A stretch of DNA of 64,000 nt from NCBI GenBank assembly GCA_965644295.1, contig CBFFRP010000132.1, forward strand, positions 124,001 through 188,000, read 5' to 3'. Origin of the DNA: Paraphysomonas bandaiensis (lineage: Eukaryota > Protista > Chrysophyceae). The notes under the pieces were generated by a model, which was given only the letters and a program-made list of their open reading frames with translations, had not been told where the DNA came from and ran no database searches. Both the position numbers and the translations under genes were made by a program. Every line of letters begins with the position of its first letter. Position 1 is the first letter of the stretch. This document shows positions 26,785-35,975 of this stretch, piece after piece.

Positions 26785-29700
26785 ATGAAAGAACCGTTAG
26801 CCCTCTTAAATACATACAGCTCTTCTTGCTGCTGTATCATGTGCATGATGACATGTGCATGTGACGGTTGCTACTTGTATCGCAACCGCGATCCAAGTGC
26901 AGCTTTGATAGCCAACCGGCTGCGCATAGTCTGTCTGGGAGAAATCCGTCGCCTCAATCGGGACGAGAAGAGGCTATACCTGCTTAACAAATTCCGCACC
27001 TTCCAGGTAAATTTAAATGTTGATTCAATATACATATTTCAATATTCAATAGTAATATCTCGTTTGTATTTAATAAGCAAACTTTTTTCAAACTTGGGAA
27101 AAATTTCTAAATTTGGGACTTTTTAAAAAATTCATCATGAAAACCTCATGTTTATTGATGATATAATTTAGACAGAGGTAATGTTATAGAAGTAAGTGTT
27201 ACTAAGTGTATGATATAGATATACTATATAGATATATGATATATGTATTATTATTATATAATATGAATACTCTTCTCTACTAATAACTATAATTTTCAAT
27301 TCTCTTCCTGTTACGTTTACCAATGAGTACAGGCGCAGCTCCAACCGCTCCTGTGTCTACCCAATCCGTATTTGGAACAACTTCGATATCCCACCTACCT
27401 GATGTATTCGTTTTCTTCTTTCCGGAGGGTTTTATTGCAGGTTTCAACTCTTTCTGCCTTATACCTCTGATAATTTCACCATCTATGAATTCTATATCAT
27501 ACCTACCATCTTTATATCCAATAACACTACCATTGAAATTATATATATTTCTAATTTTCTCACCAACGGCATATAGTTGCAAGTCATCACTACTACAACT
27601 ACTATCACTGGAATCAGATTCATATCTTTCTGAAGCCTGAGTTTTATCGACAACGACGCTATCCCTTGAGCTGCTGTAATTATCAACACAATCTTCTTCA
27701 TCACTGATATCTGAAAGCTGAATAGTCTTGTGTCGCTTCCTTAAATTTTTAATCCTCCTTCCCTTATTTTTTCGCCGACTTATCATACTACTCGCGGTTT
27801 CAAATTGGTTATCCACCTCTGCGGACGACATAGAATCCGTTTCTGGTCTACAACGTCTAGTGTTACTAGCTATGGTTTAGGCTCAGTGTCAATACCAATG
27901 GAAGAAGATGTCAAAAGACGATGAAGGTAAGAAGAACTGCGTGCCTTTCAAAGAGAAGCAGCCTATTGTTGAAGATTTGGTGTCCGATGATGTAGTAGAG
28001 GAGGAGTGGAAAGTGGGAAGAAGGGAGAATGTTCGCAATGTTCGCAGTGAGATACTGGATCAGCAGGAGAAGACGATTTTATCGTTGACGGAAATGGTGA
28101 GGCATCAACAGGAACAAATTGATGCCCTCATTGCCAAAGAACGAGTTCGCCCTGCCGATACTTCTAAGCCGAACTGCTCGCGAAAGAGGAGCGTTCATGA
28201 TGATGAAGATTCAATAACTTCCGAAGCCGACGAGGAGGACTACAGAAGTAAGAAGAATAAATCAAGACGACGAAAGAGGAGAACGAAGGGATTGAAGAAA
28301 TTTGTTGATGAAGGTACTCTTGTTATGCTTGCTCAACAAAATTCAGTAATTGATGATAACTGCAAAATGAAAAAAGAAATTAACCGTTTGCGTTTCTTGC
28401 AATCATAAGTATAATGAGTATTGTCTATTGTATTTTGCATGCAACAATAACAATAAAGTAATAAACTTGTTAAGAACCTAAAAACAGCTTGATAATATTA
28501 CCTTACTTTTATCAACATCCAAGCTGTTGTATATCCTTTTTTCATCTTAAAATATGTATAGTCAACTAGAAATCATTAATGAAAATATTTGGGAAAAATT
28601 TTTTCCCAAGTTTGAAAATAGTTTGCTTAATAGGTGCGGGTCACGACGTACAAGAAGTATAAGTTTAGCATTGTGGTGGGGGAGGGGGATAATATGCACC
28701 TAGTGTGCCGTATGGGGTTCTGTTGTGCGTATGCGGTGTCCCATTGGTACGTGGACAACTTAATTTGTCGACTAAAACGAAGGGACATGAACTCTCTGAC
28801 CGAGTTATCTACTAGCCCCCGGGCTATCCTATGTGAAGTATCGGACAAAAAGCTCATTGGGTTTGCGTCCAGATTTGGTATAAACTTAAATGTGGAACAG
28901 TTGGGTGCCCTCCGAATGTCAGATTCCGAACAGTCCGCTGTGTGTGCTGCGTGGATGACCTACTATTTTTCACTGGTGGGTGATCAAGTCCCCGACTCTG
29001 ACTCGGAGATTCACCTCGAGCCCATTCCTAAGAAGAATGTGTACTCGGAGTACCGCTTTGACATGGAACAGATTAGTGAGATACCACTTCAGCTTCAGAC
29101 ATTCCTGCAGATATGGAAGAAGATTTTCTCGTACGTCAAGGTTCGGAAATATAAGCAGAGTTGTGGGCATTGCAATACTTGTGCCATGCTTTCGGATAAG
29201 CGTCGCCAGTTCAGAGATCGAAGGGGGCGGGAGGAGATTACGAATCTTTACGCCCTACACCGTCTAAGTACTATGCAGGAACGCCGTCGGTACTACTCCA
29301 GACGACTTGAAGCACAGCTCCCCCCACAGTTAGTACTGTCCACCATTTCAGATGGTATGCAGCAAAATCATTGTATGCTTCCCTGGTTTGGACATAATAA
29401 GATGCCTGCCATCCACATCAAACAACACTTACAGGGTGTGTTGATGCATGGCAAAAATATGACAATATACAGGACTTTTGCCAATGTTGGTGGTGGTGCC
29501 AACCTTGCCATACATACATGGCTATTAAGTCTGGATGAGCTACACCAGAAGGGAGAGTTGCCAAAGGTCCTCTATCATCAGATTGATGGTGGTTCAGAGA
29601 ATGCTAACAAGGAAATGTATGCCATTTGTGAGCTGCTAGTAGCTTCCGGGCTTGTCGACAAGGTTGTCTTAACAAGACTTCCTGTCGGGCATACGCATGA

Positions 29701-31242
29701 AGACATTGATGCAAACTTTGCCCTTATATGGAGAATGCTGCGTGATGAATACATCTGTACTCCCTCGGAATTTTCTACTCTGATTTATAGAGCATTGAAG
29801 AAGAAAGTTGAAGTTTCAGTGATAGACTTATTTGTCCTACCTGATTATTGCAAGATTTTGGAAGGGTGCATTGATGTAGATATCGGCCGCTTCGCAAAGG
29901 AGGAGTGGACCCAACTGCAGTTCACGTTTGAGAGGGTGGTCACTCCTGCCGAGTTGACTGAACATCCTCTTGGCGTGAAGACATCATATCGGGCATATGC
30001 CTCAGAGGAATACATCGAAATTGTCGAGGACACTGACCAGCAGTCTCTCTGTGGCCTCGTTGCTCAACTTTGTGAAGTGGAGAGTTATCCTCTCCCTAGT
30101 GAAAAGCCCTTGAACTTCTTGAAGAATCTTCCAAGCGGTGACTTTTCCCCAGCCCCCTTCATAGCTGGATCTTTTGAGTTAACTTCAGCTCTGTGCAAGA
30201 AAATGATAGAACAATATTCAACGCATAAGCCGAAGGTGGCCGAGGAATGGAAAGAGTGGCTGGATATTTCTCCCAAGAGTAATAGTGCTCAAGATTTTGT
30301 CACCGAAATTGGTGGAATATTTATTCCACTAAGAGATGTCTTATTCAGTGGGACTGGAGTGTCCGATTTTGAAGTGGAATGCAAACATAGAGGAGTACGC
30401 GGAGGGCTATATGGATCCCATGCAGACGGAATTAGCAGGGTCAAGGCTACGGCTTGTGTTCTACACAACGAGAACAAAACTTCCGGCGCAAGGAAGATAC
30501 CCCCACGAGTTGTCGTCCGGAATTGTGATGGTTCTACACCCACCGATATGGTCGGAGTCTTGCCCAATGTATACCCCGGCAGAGAAGAGCAGCGTGCGGC
30601 GAGGAAGAAGACAAATGTTGAAAGAAAAGAAGCACGTGCAAAGAAGGCGAGGCTTGATGCCAGGAGGAGGGAGGAAGGCTGGGATTGTGGTGATATAATC
30701 GTCAATGACTCAGACGATAGTAATCAATCTGGTATGTTATTGTGTTGTAGATATTATATTATTATGCCATGTTTATATCTGTACAATATCAGGACAAGAG
30801 GTGGAGTCATCATCGTCTGATGACGATGGTAACCCCTCTATCACGTATTCTCCTGGGGACGAAATTGTTACTGTGACTAGGATGCGTGGTATTGTCCATG
30901 CTGTCAATGATGATGGTACCTATCATCTTGTTTACAAAAGCAAGAAGAGATGTGGTGCCACCAGGGAGGATAAGTCAGTGCGCTCCAAATACTTCTCGCT
31001 TGCATCTGGTATACTTTATATATATGCTTGTTTGTGTACTGTACCTAATATTGAATATAGCCCACCAGGATAATAAGCCTCATAATATTCCCTCCAGTAA
31101 AAGAGACAATATTCCGAGGTGGAGATATATCCAGGAACCCACTAAGGAGTGGGTAGACACAGGTGCAGTTGATTCTGCTTCTATTATTACTGGTAAAAAC
31201 GTACCAGAAGTTCAGTTGATTATCGCTTGTAAGTATAGATAG
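26785..31242 (+). CDS. Sola-like (DUF7869-type) DDD transposase, about 905 aa (exons 26785-27006, 28634-30731, 30793-31008, 31061-31242)
   Basis: VCxxxFCxxYxVS, CGHCNTC, ISDGMQQ (D1), QIDGGSEN (D2) and LPVGHTHEDIDANF (D3). Tudor-like C-terminus. All junctions are GT-AG and in frame; the start codon is uncertain. Confidence 0.8.
27280..27831 (-). CDS. Stand-alone homolog of the transposase C-terminal tail (acidic, Tudor-like and WVDTGAV..GKR motif)
   Basis: RWDIEVVPNTDWVDTGAVGAAPVLIGKR aligns with the host RWRYIQEPTKEWVDTGAVDSASIITGK. Open 183-aa ORF. Confidence 0.6.
   Translation of the reverse strand: MSSAEVDNQFETASSMISRRKNKGRRIKNLRKRHKTIQLSDISDEEDCVDNYSSSRDSVVVDKTQASERYESDSSDSSCSSDDLQLYAVGEKIRNIYNFNGSVIGYKDGRYDIEFIDGEIIRGIRQKELKPAIKPSGKKKTNTSGRWDIEVVPNTDWVDTGAVGAAPVLIGKRNRKRIENYSY
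27908..28408 (+). CDS. Coiled-coil/basic partner ORF of the nested element
   Basis: Open 166-aa ORF with a coiled coil, a basic stretch and a C-terminal helix. Same layout as the end of the 24086-25857 gene. Confidence 0.55.
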   Translation: MSKDDEGKKNCVPFKEKQPIVEDLVSDDVVEEEWKVGRRENVRNVRSEILDQQEKTILSLTEMVRHQQEQIDALIAKERVRPADTSKPNCSRKRSVHDDEDSITSEADEEDYRSKKNKSRRRKRRTKGLKKFVDEGTLVMLAQQNSVIDDNCKMKKEINRLRFLQS

Positions 31243-32079
31243 CACTTTGTAATATATATAATAGTGCTATCTATAGTATGCATGTATTAACCGTTACATT
31301 AACCGTTACATTCTCACTTTTTGGACCTGTAACTAATATAAAACTTATTAAATGTCTCCAAAAACATGTTCTCTTTACACCTACTACATTACTTATTGCA
31401 AAACATATAAAAAACACAACTTAAATCGACATTTTCAAAATTTCACCAGGTTTAGAGCGCTTCTCCAGGTTTGTTCATCACATCAACTTAATGTTATGTG
31501 GGATCCAGAATATATCAATCCTTGCTTAGCAGTGCCTTTGAGATACCTAAGAACATGTAACGCAGCATTACAGACAGATATTTATATTAGGCATGTCAGA
31601 AAATCTGACAAGAGTATTGCCTGCGTAGGCGATATCCGGTCGAGTGCATACTGCTAGATACATCAGGGAACCTATGAGCTCCTTGTAGGGGAAATTCTGA
31701 ACATAACTTTGATTCAACTCTGAAAGATGATTGTATTCATGTAAATCATAGTTGAAGGAAAGTAACATAGGTATTGACATCGGTTTAGAGTTGGACATAT
31801 TGAATTTGTCCAGTAGTTTGTTGACATCTGCTCCTGACTGAGAGTCGTATTATTCTATCAAATTCTTGATGGATGGAAATGCTCAAGTAATAATCTAAGA
31901 GTCCGAGATTTTTGTAATTTCGAACTTTTTGGATAAATGGTCTTTGAATTGTTGGATATCAGTGTCGGATGCAGATGCTATATAATAATATCATCCACAT
32001 ACATGGCTATTAGCATAATCCTGCTATTAATCTGCTTTTTGAATATACACGGGTCAGATATTAGTCTGGTGAAACCCAT

Positions 32080-33229
32080 TATGCAAAACTTAGGTTTTGA
32101 AGCCTAAGATCACTGAAAAGAAATGCGCTTGTTTGTCGAAACAAGAAAACAGAATGCTTATTTAACTTATCACAGCCAGATATACAAGCTCCCAAGTATC
32201 TCGCAACCTTAAGCTCCCAAAAGGTAGATCGATTAACTTAGCTATGATTAGTTAGATAAAAAGAGTGAGAAGAAGACAAGACAGACAGACCCCTAGTCAC
32301 AAGACTCCTCCTCATACACGGGACATTGAATACAACCACAACCGCACAATATGCTCACACATGTACTACACTACATACGATTCATATCCTACATCGATTA
32401 TAGTCAAAACGCCTTAAAATACGCCTCAATAGGTCTTTCCCCCAAAACCGCCGGTTTTCGAGTCCAAAAACCCAAAAAAAAACAATTTTAGATTGAGTCG
32501 CAAAAACCCAAGGTCCCCAAGTCTGGAGTCTTGTATTTTCGAGACTTATATAAAACACCAATTTGAACCACAAAAAACTCAAAATTGGCAGTATATTCGA
32601 ATCACCAAAAAACTTGCAATCTCTTTTCATGATGGCAATATAATCTCATTCCAACCGTTAAATGCATAATACATATCAACTGTGCACAATATTCACAGAG
32701 AATGTTACACATTCATACTTGTACCAAATTATCCCCCATGCCATCCTTACGCATCAGACCTAAGGGCTCTTATCAATTTGTGCACCGACCTGAGAAATTC
32801 TATGTTGAGTATCAGTGAGAAAATATTCGCATATCGGAGTCCGGAACGATGAGCAAGCACATAGAGCTGTTCAAAACCATCCAAAGACTTCTCATAATGA
32901 TGAATGAACTACGAATATCGCACATGCGGTACCATTCAATGCTTCCTAACCCAAAACGCTATGACACCGACTACCGTATGGATATAGGCGTAAACCAACG
33001 GGTAACAATCGCGTAGAATCAAAGAAAACGTGCGTTCGAGGGTAAATCCTATTATCTGCTGTCTTGCCCTCGTAATAATAATCTGTATCTTTTGTTGTCG
33101 TCATTCTCATACAAAACAAGAGCTACATATACCCTACATATAATTTATCGTTATTGCAACATAATTATCAATATTATACTGATGTCATTAAACGTGTTAA
33201 AGGGTGTTATAAAAGCCCACGGCTTTACA
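32080..33229. mobile_element. 1150-bp non-coding insertion, solo-LTR-like, 4-bp TSD CCAT
   Basis: CCAT at 32076-32079 and 33230-33233; ends ...TTTACA. Removal restores the RT frame NFMLV-MGFTRLISDPC. Confidence 0.7.
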
Positions 33230-33859
33230 CCATAACTAGCATAAAATTTGTACAGCACTTACACCTGTTAAGACCTGCTTGCTTTTTAGACCATAGATGC
33301 TTTTCATCAGTTTGAGGCCTTTTCCTTCAGGGATGTCCATACCAGGAGGGGGATGCATGTATATGTCCTCTTCGAGGTCAGGATTGATGCACGCAGCGGT
33401 GAAATCAAATTGGTGCAACTTGAGTCTCATAATGGTCGAAAAGGCAATAATTGTACGTAGTGATGTAGCCTTCGCGATGGGACTGTATGTATCATTATAA
33501 TCGATGCCTTGGATTTGAGTAAATCCCTGGGCGACCAGCCGAGCCTTGAACGTTATGTCCTTCTGCTTCCTTTCGATTTTAAAAATGAGTTCCCCTTTAT
33601 GGCTCGTGCTCCAGGTGGTTAAGCAGTATATTTCCAACATCCTTTCCTCTGGAGAGTGAATATTTCTTTGTTGATAGCATCAATCCACAGCTGTTTATAT
33701 TTACCTGAAATAGCATCTTGTACACTCTTTGGTGTATCGGTTAGCTCGTCAATGTCATTGCAATTACTAATAGCATGCATAACGATATCAGTGTTGTTTG
33801 CATGTAGTTTTGTTATGAGTGCTCAAGAGGTGTGGTTTATCGGATGAGGTGTTCATTGC

Positions 33860-34976
33860 TGTGTGGTGAGCACGCACACAGACAGACAGACACACACACA
33901 CACACATACATACATCAGAATGCTGCAGAGCTGATACCACTCTCAGATTACACTCTTACTGAGTGGCTCAGAGTTGCAGGCTTATAACTGCCTTCCAGGT
34001 AGGTCACATGTGTTTTCATGACAGTGTTTGGTCACGAGGCTGTAGCACAGAGCCTCATACAGTGGATTGAGGAGAGTGGACATGCACCTTCGGTCACTCT
34101 CCTTGGGGTTGCCAACAATACACCTACTGCTGGTATGTAGCACTATACACACGATCTCATATGCTTCAATTCATTTATGTATATGTCTACTTTACAATAT
34201 CAGAATGTTTGATTGCGTAGATTACATGATGCAGAAGAAAGGACTGCCACAACGGAAGCTTACTGCGTCAAAGGCATTTCATTTAAGCTTTTAACCTGCC
34301 GTAAGTAGCTAGAATAGCATGTCCTGTCTAATCCTAAATCTACTTGAAGAAAGAGTTGTCGGAAGAAAGAGATAGAGAGCTCTGAGAAGTTGCCTGCATG
34401 CATTGATGGGCATTCCAGCAGTCGTCAAGAGGAGGCATCACTCAGTGCTAGAACACAGCTTCGTCGAAAGATGAGACCTCCCCGTCGAAACCGAAGCAAA
34501 GATAGAAAGAAGAGCACGAAGAAGAGCAGGAAGAACTCCTACACAGAAAGTCTTCTTGTGGACACGTTCGTATGGCTTATATGAACGTGACAACTTCAAA
34601 GCTGAAGCCCAGCTCCTCGAGCTTCAGAACCGGAAGGAGAAGAACAAGGAATTCTGTAGAATGTTATTGAAATATAGAGATGAGTAGAGTGTGCATTGTA
34701 TGTTTATTGCTCTTCTTTTCAATAATTATGTGGTGTTATGTTTATACAATGACTAGCTAGAACTAGTTTGTAGCTCATTCACGTACATAGCAATCAAACG
34801 GTAAGTTGAGCCCATTTTTATACTGAAAATAATATTAATTTCCAATATTAGTCAATAATATATCAATATAAATGCAGAGAACTATTTATTAGCACTCTAG
34901 TAACTAGCTAGTTTTAACAAGGAATGTACGTCAAAAACGTGGGAATTTTTTTCCCACGTTTGCATATTGTTTACTT
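33860..34976 (+). mobile_element. Truncated member of the AAG...CTT family (hairpin-type end plus decayed coiled-coil ORF)
   Basis: Ends AAACGTGGGAATTTTTTTCCCACGTTTGCATATTGTTTACTT followed by ATT. Upstream K/R-rich coiled-coil relic at 34390-34685. The left boundary is not defined. Confidence 0.65.
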
Positions 34977-35620
34977 ATTGTGTGTGCGCGGCATCATGAT
35001 GTCTTAGGTTCACGCCACTCCCCTAGAAGTAGCGGCTGGCGCCGAAGATCCATTAACTGTATCGGGGTCTCGATCTGATTTGCTGGATTTATTTGTTGGG
35101 GTTTTCGATCGAGAATTACTACGTTTGAGACCAACTGCTTTGATTTCTATGTATTCTTCAGTGCACTTTTCGATGTCTGCAGCGTGAATGGGGTCGTCGA
35201 GCTGGATGAGTCGTGTAGTGTCACCGCTGTTGTCCACTAGACCACGGTACGCTGCAATTAGTCCTTTTCTGAGCTTTATTAGAGTCGTTACATATGTTAT
35301 GAGATATTTGAAACTATCTACCGTCCTGGAGGTCTCATTCACTCTGAAGATCTCATTTATCTCCTTAAATATCTCTTATCCGCTGGTGGAACACCTTCGT
35401 TGAAAAATACATGTCCTGAAATCACAAAGCCTCTCAATACGGGAACAAAATCGATAGCCCATAAAATATCCAGTCCAGCTATGCTGCAGTGGGCATGTAG
35501 GAGATATGGACATATGCCGCAGTGCACTCCCGATTCCTGCTGGGGGGAATCGCAACTGAAAGATGGCTGTGTGAGTGTGCCGTGCGGTGCTGTACTGCTA
35601 CGTAGATGTACTGCTGTATG

Positions 35621-35975
35621 CGAAGAGAAAAAATGTACGGATCACTCTACTGTCGTCAGTACTACAGGCTGGCAATGACACGGATCCAATACTCCCGTTG
35701 TTCTTTATCGGTCTACACTACAGGTAGGCAAAGAAACAAGTCTCTTGACAAATACTACAGAAATTGTTAGTGACAAGAAATTATGAGTCTCCCCTACAGT
35801 CATAATACTGTTCTCGTGTACTCATTCATATTTCTGTGTACATTCTAGACCGTATCCTACAGAGCTACAAATGCACTAAACTGAAAAATACAACCATCAG
35901 GGGAACAAAAATAACGACAGACGTTAACTCTTGTCACTCGCACTTTCTCGTACCAACGTATCACTTTGCTCTGCG
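35621..35975 (-). repeat. 3' LTR
   Basis: Direct repeat of 40365-40719, preceded on the minus strand by ACAGGGGTG (short PPT). Confidence 0.97.

Larger units (their letters stand above)
27075..28628. mobile_element. 1.55-kb non-autonomous relative nested in transposase intron 1; TIR about 28 bp; TSD AAT
   Basis: AAGCAAACTTTTTTCAAACTTGGGAAAAA versus reverse complement AAGCAAACTATTTTCAAACTTGGGAAAAA. AAT at 27072-27074 and 28629-28631. Confidence 0.92.
23752..31489. mobile_element. 7.7-kb two-gene DNA transposon (Sola-like DDD transposase), imperfect about 30-bp TIRs, 3-bp TSD AAT
   Basis: TIRs AAGTCGGTGTGATCATGAAACCTGGTAAAG and (reverse complement) AAGTTGATGTGATGAACAAACCTGGAGAAG. AAT at 23749-23751 and 31490-31492. 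Removing the element and one AAT restores the Copia frame ...GLIYSGSHIT-LSRYCDSDWA. Confidence 0.9.
22288..35400 (-). pseudogene. Old, fragmented Copia retrotransposon that hosts at least three later insertions
   Basis: Colinear minus-strand fragments: post-integrase region 35010-35400; RT N-term 33234-33850 (TPKSVQDA..W, FKARLVAQGF, KSIYGLK); RT C-term 31493-32079 (DPCIF, YVDD-like, GSLMYLAVCTRPDIAY, LRYLKGT); RNase H 23301-23750 (YCDSDWA, SSTEAEY, CDN, ADLLTK); PPT 22510-22519; LTR. Frameshifts and stops are present. Confidence 0.85.

Noticed and set aside
23752-31489. Helitron/Helentron interpretation of the hairpin and asymmetric ends
   Set aside because: There is no Rep/helicase, and a DDD-type transposase and true TSDs are present.
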